A DNA stretch of 64,000 bases from Isurus oxyrinchus. Taxonomy: Eukaryota. Below, piece by piece: positions 51,307 through 64,000 of this stretch. The first letter of the stretch is position 1, and each line of letters opens with the position of its first letter. Under the pieces are notes generated by a model that did no database searches, was not told the DNA's origin, and saw only the letters and a program-made list of their open reading frames with translations. The DNA is taken from positions 78,182,001 to 78,246,000 of the forward strand of contig JANJGN010000018.1 in the NCBI GenBank assembly GCA_026770705.1. The letters run 5' to 3'. A program made the translations under genes and the position numbers.

Positions 51307-52615
51307 AAGTCAGTGATTCCAGTTTAACAAGCATGAAAAGATTAGTGTCCTGCCCTGGTAAATTGCACAGTGCCCAGTCACACTAGGAGTCTCCAACATG
51401 TGGATCTTGCCAAAAGGCACCTAGGTTTGTGGGTTGTCCCTAGAGAGAGAGAGAACCTGTGCTCTGTAGCAGCCTAATGGAATCTCTGCTTACATGGATT
51501 TCTCAAATATGGTAATGCATTTTCACACAAGCAGGCAGTTGGCTGGCCAAGCCATTTTTAAAAATATCCCTATTGCAATTTGAGGTAAAAGCTCATTTAT
51601 TAATCAGTCAGACCAGGGCCAGACTTTTAGAATTAGTTTCACAAATTTTGAGAGTATTGACAAAAGTTGAAAAACCACATTTGCTCCTTTGACAGAACTT
51701 ATTGGCTCAAAGCATAAGGATGTCATCTGGTGGCTGATAGTCTGTACTACAGCAATATTATTGTGAGGAAAAAGACCATTGGTTTCTTGAGTGCACCATA
51801 AATTACTTACGGCATAGGAGCAAGAAAGAAATTATGAAAACCAGTTGATTTCTTTTCAGGTCCTAATATCAATGAGTTACTAATCAGAAAAAAACATTAG
51901 ATTTGAAGGCAATGAAAATAGCTTGTGGTGGTCTTTCTCATTCCATTTGTCAATTACTTCCATCTGCTCTAATGCTATATATGCACTGGTTATTGGGAGA
52001 ATATAGAAGTGAAGACCTATATCGCTAGGCCGCTGCCTGTTTATATTTGATCACATTCCAATAGTCATACAGGATGGAGTTCTCTGTACTTAGGTGGTAC
52101 GTAATTGCCTTACTTAGGCTCCAACTCATGTAGAACTCTACTTTTTGCAAGCTTTCTTGCACTAATTCCTATTCATCCATTACCTCTAGAATTGTCAAAT
52201 TTCATTGGCTTCCCATTCCTCAGCCCACTAACTTAAAGGTCCTCATCCTCATTTACAAATCCATTCTTTGTCTTGCTCCTCCCTGTTTAACATCCTCTAG
52301 ACCTACCTCCACCGCCTGCACTACTGTGGCCTACAACACATTTCCCCTCCCTCGACCAACAGTGGCAGGATTCTCCTCTGCAGCCCTCTTGCTAAATCCC
52401 CCTGCTTTGTAACATCGCTTTCAACTTTCAAAAACCACCTTAACACAAAAGTCTGCCATTTGACAATGTCTATGGCCAACTCCCTGACTCCTATCCTACT
52501 GCTGCTGACCTCTGACCTACAATGCCTTGGACGCTATAATACAGAGGATTAGAGTTAAGACATTAAGGAGCAAAATCAGGAAGCACTTTTTCACATAGCA
52601 GGGAGTGGAAATTTG

Positions 52616-52744
52616 GCGCAAGATTTTCCACACCCACCCGCCGCTGGGAACTTCCAGTCCCAGCAAAAGTCAATGGACTTATGGCTGGGGCGCCGCCTCA
52701 CTCCCGGTGGGTCCCACTCACGATGGAGCCGGAAAATCCTGGCC
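52616..52744. mobile_element. About 130-bp Harbinger/Tourist-type MITE inserted in a CR1 3' end
   Basis: TIRs gcgcaagattttcc / ggaaaatcctggcc; 3-bp TSD ttg; excision restores the CR1 sequence gtggaaatttggaactctc. Confidence 0.75.
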
Positions 52745-52834
52745 TTGGAACTCTCACCCACAAAAGGCTCCGAATATTGGGTTAACTTAAATTTTCAAGA
52801 TTGAGATTGATAAATTTTTGCTAGGTGAGGATCT

Positions 52835-53280
52835 TAGAACTTAAAAACACAGGAGCTTGGAGCAGGAGTAGACCCTACACCCCATTGAGCCCACTCTGCA
52901 ATTCAATATGATCACCGCTGATCTTGAGCTTCAACTCCACTTTCCCATCTACTCCGCATATCCCTTTCGTCCCTGAGAGTCCAAAAATCCATCTATCCCA
53001 GCCTTAAGTATATTCAAAGGTGATGCATCCACTACTCTATGAGGTAGAGAATTCCAAAGATTCACATCCCTTTCAGTGAAGAAATTTCCCATCATCTCAG
53101 TACTAAATGACTGGCCCCTTATCCTGAAACTGTGCATCCTTGTTCTAGATTCCCTAGCCAGGCAAACAACGTCTCAGTGTCTGCCCTTTCAAGCCGCTTC
53201 AGAATCTTAAATGTTTCAGTTAGATCACCTCTCATTTTCCTAAACTACAGAGAATATAGACCAATTTACTCAGCCTCTAT
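52835..53280 (-). mobile_element. CR1 LINE 3' fragment
   Basis: ORF 52949..53137 NFFTERDVNLWNSLP; a similar fragment lies at 54620-54880. Confidence 0.8.
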
Positions 53281-54934
53281 GAAGGTATAAGTAAAAGTAA
53301 AGGGAAATAAAAAAGACTTCCATTTATATAGCGCTTTATAGAACCATCAGACATCTTGAAGCGCTTTTAATCAATTAAGTACTTTTCAGAGTGTAGTCAC
53401 TGTTGTAATGTAGGAAACACAGAGGTCAATTCGCACACAGCAAGCACCGTAGTGTGATAATGACCCGGCAATCATTACTTTCAGGAAGGTGGTGGCATAA
53501 TGGTAATTCACTGGGCTGGTAATTCAGAGACCCAGGCAGATGTTCTAGGGACAAAGGTTTAAATTGCACCATAGCAACTAAATTGAATTAATATATCTGG
53601 AATGTTTTTTAAAAAAATTAGTTATGATAGCTATCATTGTTGTAAAAACCCATGTTTCACTAATGTCCTTTAGGGAAGGAAATCTGCCAGTCTGGCCTAT
53701 ACTGGCTCCCGATCCACAGCAATGCAGTTGACTCTTAACTGCTCTCCCTGCATTGGTCTAGTAAGCCACATAGTTCAAGGACAATTCAGGATGGGTAACA
53801 AATGCTGGCCTTGCCAGTGATGCCCACGTCCCACGAAAGAATAAAAAAAATCTGTTTTTGTGGTATTAATTGGGGGATAAATAGTGGCCAGGACAATTGG
53901 GATAACTCACCAACTCTTCTTTGAAATAGTGCCAATGGGATCTTTCATATCCTCCAAGTAGGCAGATGGGGACTCGGTTTAAGGTCTCACCTGAAATAGG
54001 ATAATAGAGCTAAAGATTAGATATGTTTTAATTGAATGGAAGAACGGGCTTGAAGGGCAGAATGGCCTGCTTCTCTTCTTGTGATTGAAGATTCTAGGCA
54101 ATTTGCCCTTGATTTTGCAATCCCTGTCAACTGCGTGCAAGGTCCCACTGACAGCAAAGGTTCTCAGAATTTAAATGCTCTACCCCCCTTAAACCAGCTT
54201 ATATTTCACCTCTTTTCTATTTTTCCTTAGTTCGGTTGAAGAGTCATACGGACTCAAAACGTTAACAGTATTCCTCTCCACAGATGCTGCCAGACCTGCT
54301 GAGTTAACAGCTGGTAGTTGCCTCACCTCTGGGCCAAAAGGTTGTGGTTTCAAACCTGACTCCAAAACTTGAGTACATATTTAGATTGACACTTCAGTGC
54401 AGTACTGAGAGAGTGCTTCAGTGTCAGAGATGTCATCTTAAGTAGAAATGTTAAACTATTTGCCCTCTCAAGGTGACACAAAATTATCCCATGGGCCTAT
54501 TTTAAGAAGAGCAGGGATCTCTACTGGTGTCACGTCCAAATTCCTCCCTTAACTAATGCCATTAAAATAGATGAATTGTTCATTCACTCACTCAGTCATT
54601 CACTCACATGTTTATGGGACATAGAAGCATAGAAAATAGGAGCAGGAATAGGCCATTCGGCCCTTTGAGCCTGCTCTGCCATTCATCATGATCATTACTG
54701 ATCATCCAACTCAATAGCCTGCTCCCGCTTTCTCCCCATATCCTTTGATCCCTTTTGCCCCAAGAGCTATATCTAACTCCTTCTTGAAAACATACAATGT
54801 TTTGGCCTCAACTACTTTCTGTGGTAGTGAATTCCATAGGCTCACCACTCCCTGGGTGAAGAAATTTCTTCTCATCTCAGGGACCATTCTATGCTGCATA
54901 ACAACAATGACTGCTCTTCTTAAAACAAATCATT

Positions 54935-57925
54935 GGACTGGATTTTCCCTGCCTGCTGGCATCGAGCGTATTTGATGGTGCGAGCGGACAATATGGCGCG
55001 ATCGGTTTCATGATGGCGTGAAACCAGTTTGCGATCGTCCGCTCAGCCCGCTGATGGTGGGCCGCGTTTCCCGCCATCGAACGTCGAGAACCTCATTGTA
55101 ATACATCTGCATATCATTATTAAGCCTGCCCGCGGGAATCGTCATCCCCATTGGATCGCCCGCTCACCTCAGCAGGAAAGCAGGCTAACGTGTTTCACAG
55201 CAGCATATAAAAGGCATGCACTTGCCGGGCTGCACTTTGAGGGGGACTCAGAGGTGAGTGCACAGTAACATTGCACTGCACTCAGCAGGGTCACCTGTTG
55301 GACTTCAATATTGAGGCGCATTGCGGGTAGATGGGCCAGGACAGTCCTGCAGTTGAGGTGATTTGGGGTGGGCAGTGGGCCAGGACAGTCCTGCGGTTGA
55401 GGTGATTTGGGGTGGGCGGTGGGCCAGGGCAGTCCTGCAGTTGAGGTAATTTGGGGTGGGGGGTGGGCCAGGACAGTCCTGCGGTTGAGGTGATTTGGGG
55501 TGGGCGGTGGGCGGTGGGCTAGGACAGTCCTGCAGTTGAGGTAATTTGGGGTGGGGGGTGGACCAGGGCAGTCCTGCAGTTGAGGTAATTTGGCGGGGGG
55601 GGGGTGGTGGTTAGGGCTGCCCTGCAGTTGAATGTAGCACACAAGAATTCAGGGTGGGGGGGTGAGGTGGGCAAGGGAAGTGGCCACACATTAGGGACAC
55701 CTTGTATAAAGTGACCATTCCTCTGCAACTGAGACAGTTCAGGCGCAGCCACATTGATACGATTGGAGTCGGGCCTCTAGCTTATCTGCCAACTCAAGCA
55801 ACACAGAGGCAGCAAAGTGCCACCAAGTGCTCCAGAGCTTTTCACCCCTCTGGCACAGACTGCAAACTAATGAGTGTTTTAATGGCCTGCAGAACAGTTG
55901 GACAACTGGGCATGTTGTACAATCTCCTTGCTAAAGCTGGCCATGGAGCAGTCACCGGTGGAGGCGCTCACAGCCCCTTGTAATGTCATCATCCTGGTTT
56001 GGGCCAGTCTCCCCCATGGTTCCAGCTAACAGTGCAACCTTGCAGTGCAGATTAGGAGAATGCCTGTGCCTGAGCTGAGAGCACAGCATGTAGTCCAATG
56101 GGCAAAGCTGCTGCCAATCGGTCAGGTGGAGTGGTGTGGAGGTGAGTGGGGTCAGCACTCTCTGGGATCCATTAAGAGACCTTCAGACTTAACCAAGACA
56201 GATTCTTAGCACAACAATGCTAACCCACAAGTCTCTCTATCTCTTTCATCCTGCAGGAGGAGTACATTAGGGTCATGGAACCTAGTGAACTAGTTTTAGG
56301 AGAGAGTGAGTGAGGTTGCTGGCTGCCCAGAGGGAGGAAGGAGGGGAGGCTGGGGCTTCCACACATCCTGCTGAAGAGCCACAGTGAGCCGTTGCTGGTC
56401 AGCGCTTAGTGTCACCCAGGGTCTAGAGACACTGTCTTTCATTCCTGCAGATATCTGAGAACCAGTGTCGCCGAAGACTGAGCATATCCAGGGACCGGTT
56501 GGTCACACCTGCTACCTGCTGCAGAATTTGGTGCCACAGGAACAGGGAGGGCATCCACTGCCACTAGCCATGAAAGTGACCGTGGCACTCAATTTCTATG
56601 CCAGTGGCTCCTTTCAGGGCTCCACAGGTGACCTCTATGGGATATCACAAGCCTCCACCCACAAATGCATCCATGAGGTCACAGATGCCATCTTGGCAAG
56701 GACACACAACTTTATGCATTTTGCCCAGACCAGGACAGAGCGATTGGATTTGCCTGGATCTCGCATTTCCCATAGGTGCGGGGTGCCATCGACTGCACTC
56801 ACCTGGCACTCAGATCTCCATCACAACACACGGTCAACTATGTCAGCTGCAAGGGACTCCGTTCGCTGAATGTGGAGCTGGTGTGCAGCCACCACAAATG
56901 CATCCTGCACGTCTGCGCACAGTTTCCAGGGAGTGTGCATGACTCCTACGTTCTCAGTTGGTCACAGGTCCCTGATGTCTTCCAGGGTCCACAGAGGCTG
57001 CAGGGATGGCTCCTCAGGGGCAAGGGCTACCTGCAGAGGATGTGGCTGATGACACCCGTGCGGCGGCCTCAGACTGCAGCGGAGCGAAGATATAATGAAG
57101 GTCAGGTTGCAACTCGCAACTTGGAGCAGACCATTGGGATGCTGAAAATGAGGTTCCAGTGCCTCGAGCAGTCTGGTGGAGCCCTGCAATACAGTCCACA
57201 GAGGGTGTCATTTACAACCTGGTGCTGCAATGGGGAGAAGAGCTAGCTGAGAAGGAGATGGAGAAGGTGGAGGTCTCCTCAGATGAGGAGGATGCCGACA
57301 GGGATGAGGGTGAGGAGGCCCTTGAAGGTGATGATGATGGGGATAAGGCACCCACACTGGCCAGACAAGGCAGGCGTGCTTGGGAGGCCCTCATAACTGC
57401 GATATTTGTGGAGGATGATGACAGCATGCAATGAGGAGACCCCATAGATCCTCATGTTGCATCTGTTTACTCCAGCCTGGCTTATAACAGCACACATACC
57501 CTCTGTGATAATGCTCCTTTCGTGGAGACGCAGTGGAGGCTGTAATAATCGTTTAATTGCAGGAGGATGATGACAACATGCAGTGAGGACACTCCATAGA
57601 TCTCCACATAGCCTCTGAGAATGTCTGGCTCCTGTCTGGCCGAGGGCAGCTCGCTTACACTCTGTGATCAGGGTCATATCATAGAGACGTGGCTGGACTT
57701 TAAATATGGCACCTGGAATGCTGAAGCGGTGAGGTAATGGCATGGTGGGCGAATGTGAGCCTGCCCACTATCAAAACAGTGTGATTCCTGGGAATGCAGG
57801 AATGCATATGTAATGCAGTGGGTTTGGGATGATAGGGCATGAAAACCCACCATCGCAGGCGGTGGTTAAAACGCTGCTTTACCTGCCCACTATCGCACTT
57901 AGTGCAAATCTGGGATGATTCCGCT
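54935..57925 (+). mobile_element. Harbinger transposon with transposase but Myb/SANT gene deleted
   Basis: TIR ggactggattttcc. Transposase pieces in ORFs 56465, 56776 and 57159 (GAIDCTH, VHDSY, LRGKGY). After about 57700 it jumps directly to the terminal region matching 37130-37344. Confidence 0.9.
55333..55630 (+). repeat. 44-bp minisatellite (about 6-7 units) inside the Harbinger
   Basis: Unit gggccaggacagtcctgcagttgaggtgatttggggtgggcagt repeats head to tail at 55333, 55377, 55421, 55465, about 55516 and about 55560. Confidence 0.92.
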
Positions 57926-59779
57926 TGTTGGTTATAAAGAACTTTGGGATATCTCAAGGACATGAAAAGTATCATATAGATGTATTTTCATTGTTAGACC
58001 ACAACGAATGACTACTTTAATTCTGAACTGTACTTTAAACACATTTTTAAAAATTGTTCCAAACTTTTAACAATTCTTGTAATCTGGGACTCACATTTAA
58101 GAGAAAATGTATAGTTTCATGAAGCTGCACCGCCAGTGGGAAAACTCGACTGTGTATGTCAGGGAATTGAAGTATACTACCTGTCCATCAATTTTTCATC
58201 CATCAATTTTAGTGTGGGAATATTACAGTTGGACAACTATAATTTCTTAAGGCTGGCTGATGGGCAAGGACCCTTGATGTGCACATTTATAAAACCAGCT
58301 CAGATATATGAACTCAGGCATTCATAGTATGTTCACATGCTTCAGTTCACTCAAACTGAAGCAGAGATGCATTTTAAAAAAACCTTGCTGCAGGATTCCC
58401 ACAAATTTCTGTCTTTACTTCGAAGTCGAATCTAGGGTAAAGTACGAGCGAATACAGCCGTCAATCACAAGCAGATTTTAAAGTCGCTCAGTCTTTCTGG
58501 CAGGTTTTCCTGAGCTGGTTCTCAATCATGAAGAAAATAGTCTTGAAACTGTGCTGCACATATTCAGCAAGACCAGCTTGTTGATGTTATCGTAATATTG
58601 TAATCTTTGTGTTTTCACAAGTGGACAGGAAACATGCAGCAACTCTTAAAGGACTGCAACACGATTCTTCTCTCGTACTGTCTATGCTCAGTAAGACTGC
58701 TTTGCAACAGTACCAAGGCCAGGAACTGCTACTGAAACTCTAGATGTGCTTTTAGATGTGCAGAGAAAGGTGCAAATTTGTGAAGCGATGGGGAACTTTC
58801 TGATGGCCAACATAGTCATTGCTGTCTCTCATGCAACATGTTTCTATCACCTGGGGAAACTTTGCAGCTAACATTTGTTTAATACCTAAAATTAGGCATA
58901 TAGTGTTTGTAATCTCTCCCCTGAATGTTGTCCATATCATCATGACCTAGGCAAATGGCACACATATATCAAATATGAAAAGGTGTAGCTGGTGACTGGT
59001 GCAACTGAAGTCCCCCATATTCTTGCCCACACAGGATGTTTGTCATAATTATCAAAATGCAGATCTTCACACCAGCGTGTTTTCACCCTGCATATAATGC
59101 AACATCCACATCATGGTTTTGATATTACTAGATATACGGTATTCAGAAATATTTTTAGAAATATTTAATTAAAGTCACAACTGTGACTGTGGTTAATGTA
59201 GTTTATGTTCACAGCGCAACATAGCAGCTAAACTAAAAGCACAAAACTTTGCACACTGATACTTTGACCATTTTTAGATACGCTGCTTTAATTAGTGGCA
59301 CGTACTGCATAACAAATAACCGCATCTAAAATAATATCCTGTGATTCAGACTAACAACTCAAAGATTTGAACAGGAGAAGGCAGGTCTATGGGAGGAAGT
59401 GATCTTGTGTTGTTGTGGGGTTGGGGGGGTGGGAAAGGGAAGGGGGAGGGGCAGGGGGTCCTTAAGCAGCAGACTTCCAGGCTGGCCAGCCCAGCCCAGA
59501 AGGTTTCTCCTGCTCTTTTCAAACCCACATAAATAAACATAAACATTCCTGTCAGCTCCCCTTCGGTTGGATTGCAGGCTGATACTGAGCTAAACAAGCA
59601 TTGAGTGTGCTTTGCCTGGTACTCTCAAAAAATAGCAAACAAACTCCAATATAATGTAAGTCAAAAGGCCCCAATTGGCATTTTGAATTCAGGCAGTGCT
59701 CTAGCCACCCAGCTACAGTCCCAGGAAAGGGATGTGTCTGCCACAGCGATGGCAGATAAGGGCATTAAGTCATTTTCCA

Positions 59780-60260
59780 CTATTTCCAGAGCTTTTATGC
59801 TGAGTGAATGTTTGTGGATGGGGTGCCAATCAAGTGGGCTGCTTTGTCCTGGATGGTGTCAAGCTTCTTGAGTGTTGTTGGAGCTGCATTCATCCAGGCA
59901 AGTGGAGAGTATTCCTCACACTCCTGAATTGTGCCTTGTAGATGGTGGATAGGCTTTGGGGAGTCAGGAGGTGAGTTACTCGCCACAGGATTCCTAGCTT
60001 CTGATCTGTTCTTTCAGCTACAGCATTTATTTATATGGCTGCTCTAGTTCAGTTTCTGGTCAATGATAACCCCCAGGGTGTTGATAGTGGGGTATTCAGC
60101 AACGGTAATGCCATTGAATGTTGAAGGGTGATGGTTGATTCTCTCTTGTTAGAGATGGTCATTGCCTTGTACTTGTGTGGCACGAATGTTACTTGCCATT
60201 TGTCAGTCCAAGCCTGGATATTGTCCAGGTCTTTCTGCATTTGGACATGCGCTACTTACA
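59780..60260 (-). mobile_element. CR1/L2-group LINE RT fragment
   Basis: MQKDLDNIQAWTDKWQVTFVPHK and EYSPLAWMNAAPTTLKKLDTIQDKAA; related + strand fragment at about 61940-62350. Confidence 0.75.
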
Positions 60261-60844
60261 CCCTCCAGTGAACAGAACTAAAGCCAATGAACTTGCAGTG
60301 GTGAAGGAAAGACATTTGAATGTTTTAGTGCATCAAATTCATGACTGACCAAAGCACCATGGTGATGGCTAAAGCAAACAGGTTACCAAGGTGTATTCAC
60401 AGAGCTGTTCACAATAAAACAAAGGCCCATCATTTTGTCTGGGCACAAGTCTTTGGTTATTGCTCAGTTCGAATGCTTTATCCAGTTTCAGTCTGCTCAC
60501 ATGATGAGGGGTATTGAGGTTCTAGAAAGGGTGCAGAGGATGAGCATAAAACTAATTTTCAGTTTGAAATAACTTGGTTATCCAGATAGGCTAATAAAGC
60601 TGTCTCTATGTATTTTGGAGAGATTCAGGGGCGATTTAATCGAGGTCTGTGGAATCAAGGTTTGTAAAATTGAAGTCAATGGGAATCAGGGGGAATGCTC
60701 ACCACTGGCTGAAGTTATAGTTAGTACAAGGGAAAACAGTTGTGAGAGCTGGAGGTCAATCATCTCAGTCCCAGGACATCTCTGTAGGAGATCCTCAGTT
60801 CAGTGTCCTAGGCTCAACCATTTTCAGCTGCCCCATCAATGACC

Positions 60845-61925
60845 CTCATGAAAACAGGGTATTTCTTAAATGGTGAGAGGCTGGGAAGTGTTGAACTTCA
60901 AAGAGACTTGCGTGCTCTTGTTCATAAGCAACTGAAAGCTAACATGCTGGTACAGCAAGCAATTAAGAAGACAAATTGTATGTTGGCCTTTATTACTGGA
61001 GAATTTTAGCATAAGAGTAAAGGTGTCTTGCCACAAATACGTAGAGCCTTGATGAGACAACACTTGGAGTATTGTGTGCGGTTTTGGTCTCCTTACCTAA
61101 GTTTTATGTCTTGAGTCTATGAGTTCACTAGACAAGTAAACTCGAATTGCACACCTTCATATACACTTGTTAGTTGATGCTCGCTATCAATAACGGAGAG
61201 AGGCCAACATAAGAACAAACTGCGATTGTTTATTACAAGAGCAGGCAGAGCACTAAATGCTTGCATGCTCCCACAACCACCTCCAGCTCTAGACTTACCG
61301 TTAACCAGTAGCCAGTGCTGTACGTTGATTGGTCAGTATTGTCACATGGTTATCCACTTGCATTCTCTTAAAGGTACATGGTACTCCACTTTACCACACT
61401 AAGGAAAGATATACTTGTCATAGAGGGAGTGCAACAAAGGTTCACCAAGCTAATTCCTGGGATGGAGGGATTGTCCTATGAAGAAAGGTTAAATAGACTG
61501 AGTTTTTATTCTCTGGACTTTAGAAGAATGAGAGGTGATCTCATTCAAACATACAAAATTCTTACAGGGCTTGACAGGGTAGATGCAGGAAGAATGTTTC
61601 CCCTGGCTGGGTTTTCTAGAATCAGGGGATGCAGTCTCAAAATAAGGGTCAGGCCAATCAGGGCTGAGATGAGGAGGGATTTCTTCATTCAGAGGGTGGT
61701 GAATCTTTGGAATTCTGTCCCAGAGGGCTGTGGAGGTTCAGTCATTCAGTATGTTTAAGACTGAAATCTATAGATTTCTACATATTAAAAACATCAAGTG
61801 AGATGGGGATAGTGCAGGGAAATGGTGTTGAAGTAGAAGATCAGCCATGATCTCATTGAATGGCAGAGTGGGCTCGAAAGGCTGAATTGCCTACACCTGC
61901 TCCTATTTTCTAATGTTCTTATGTC
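60845..61925 (+). mobile_element. CR1 LINE 3' fragment interrupted by a short solo-LTR-like insertion (about 61100-61398)
   Basis: LEYCVRFWSPYL at about 61065-61100 resumes at about 61400 as LRKDILVIEGVQQRFT. The intervening sequence ends ...accaca and resembles the LTR at 12726-12919. Confidence 0.8.
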
Positions 61926-64000
61926 CTTATAAGGTCAGAAGTGAGGATGTTCCCTGATTGTGTAGTGTTCAATACCATTCTCAATTCCTTAAATACTCAA
62001 GCAGTCCATAATCATTTGCAGCAAGACCTTGACAACATTTAGGCTTGGGCTGATAAATGGCAAGTAACATTCGTGCCACACAAGTGCAAGGCAATATCCT
62101 TCTCCAACAAGAGGGAATCTAACCAGGTCCCCTTGACATTTACCTGTACTACTATTATCAAATCCTCCACCATACTGTTCACCAGAAACTGAACTGGACC
62201 ATTCATATAAATACTGTGGCCAGGAGAACTTGTCAGAAGGTGGATGCTCTGTGGCAAGTGACTCTTCTTCTGACTCTCCAAAACCTTTCCACCACCTACA
62301 AGGCTAAAGTCAGTAACGTAATAGAATGCTCTCTACTTGCCTGGATGCAGGGCCCGGGAGAGGGGGGTTGCAGATGGTACCAAACACTAGGGCCAACGGA
62401 CTTGGGGAAACCCAGACTCAGTGTTTTAAAATGAGTTTGCAAGTCATCCACCCTGAGCAGCCTGAGCTGTAGACCTGAAATAACCAACTTATAAAAAGTC
62501 AGAACTCTCAGGATTCCCAATCATTGGCAAAAAATCTATTGAAATCCCATAGAAACACATAAAGGGCTTTTACCATAAAGGGCCTTTATAGAAACTCAAT
62601 CCTATGATTTACATGCTTCTAAAAATGAATTCTCTCAGGATTTTGCTGTTACACTCTTGTTTTGCTATTGCAGTTACTTATTAATTTCATTTTTCCACTT
62701 AATTTGCCTGTTCTCTCACACATCAAAGAGTTAGATTTTTAAAAAAAATACTATTTGCACATTTATTTAGTACAAATGTAATGCAACATCATATGAAACC
62801 TATGATAGGCTGCAAATTCTGTGTATAATACAATTGTATGTGTTGGTGCCAGAGAAGTTAGAATGGTAAGGTTGTATTAGCTACAGCGTTGAAGTGTTTT
62901 GTAATTGTAGTAATTTTTTTGTAGTCACTTTCCTAATATCAGTTGAATGTTCTATGATTAATTATTCTTAGACAATCAGCATTGGGCCTCCAATTTCACC
63001 ATTTCCGCAGTCACTCTCCTTTTGCATACAGGCATAATGAAAGAAAGACAAAGCCTATATAGTATCATTCATGATGTCCCAAATCGCTTTACGTCCAATT
63101 AAGTACTTTTGAGTTGTAGTCACTGGTATAATGTAGGCAATGTTATCAAATTGTGCAGCAGACTCAAGGGGCTGAATGGCCTACACCTGATCATAATAAA
63201 TATGTCATTCTGGATGAGATGAGCTGGGCTAGATGGTCTTTGTCATCCATAATTATCTTGCAATCAGAGGGTTGACACATGGCTGGAGTTCTGTTTATTT
63301 TGTTTCTAATGAAAGTTTACTGTGAGCAGGCTTTTTGGGGTGTAATTGCCAGGACAGGAGCGCATAATAGTCTCATAATGAATCAGTAAGCCATTTTACA
63401 CTACAAATGATTCTCAAGAGTTTTTTACCATTTATTTTAATCTTGTCCTTTTGTCAACTTACCTATTATCCTATTCTATCTAATGATGTTTTTATGTATT
63501 GAAATTTGATTAAATTTTTTTGATGTATTGAAATATTATGATAAAGTTGTGCTGCAAAGTAGAAATTGAAAATATATTGTAGTGAGAAGCAACAATCAGC
63601 AGAGACTTCAGGCTTGCTGATCAAGAAAACATAGATATAATTATGAACCATTCAGTCTTTGTCCTCTGACCTCTTAAAGGTTGTGTTGCACAGAGATACC
63701 GGAGGGCTCCAATGTTTCTCATTGACAGTGAAGACCTATGTTATTCAATAATTCCATTTTGTTGCTCAGGAGTCATTTGATCTTTCTATCCTGTGAGGTT
63801 ACTCATAAAATAGAATTATTTCCCTTGTATGAAGTAATTATATTGAATAATTTCATGCACCTAGGCAGAAGAAAGCCTTCTCCTACTTCTACAGAATGGA
63901 AAAGATCTTGTGCAGTTTATTTGGGTTGCAATATTGAATCTTTCCCCAAATATGAATTTACTGTCACCATGTCCATATGGTGCAATGTGCAGAACTTGTT

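Noticed and set aside
55333-55630. CRISPR-like array or Pro-rich coding repeat (ORF 55169..55642)
   Set aside because: Head-to-tail units without unique spacers inside a eukaryotic transposon; the ORF is a by-product of the repeat.

Overview
Repeat-dense vertebrate genomic DNA, very probably from a cartilaginous fish (shark-type CR1 LINEs, Deu-domain SINEs, Penelope-like elements, Harbinger transposons). No prokaryotic features. The one host gene I can reconstruct is on the minus strand. It has five coding exons (41077-41014, 40374-40015, 38758-38453, 24732-24628, 18450-18323), all joined by phase-1 GT-AG introns, giving a 963-nt ORF (320 aa). Its architecture is leader; germline-joined VJ-type Ig domain with CD28/TMIGD2/NKp30-like features; a true C1-set domain; a TM helix containing Arg; and a tail with an ITIM (VIYSLL). 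It is therefore a non-rearranging, antigen-receptor-like V(J)-C1 immune receptor with both activating and inhibitory hallmarks. Its 13.7-kb third intron holds a decayed, orphan envelope gene resembling paramyxo/pneumovirus-type fusion (F) proteins, and a nested Penelope>Harbinger>CR1 stack. The rest is transposon debris: several Harbinger copies and MITEs, Neptune-like Penelope copies with hammerhead-like motifs and 10-13 bp TSDs, Gypsy remnants, solo LTRs, and CR1/RTE LINEs. Exon and TSD coordinates were counted by hand; the outer edges of decayed repeats are approximate. Family names rest on recognised motifs, not on database searches.
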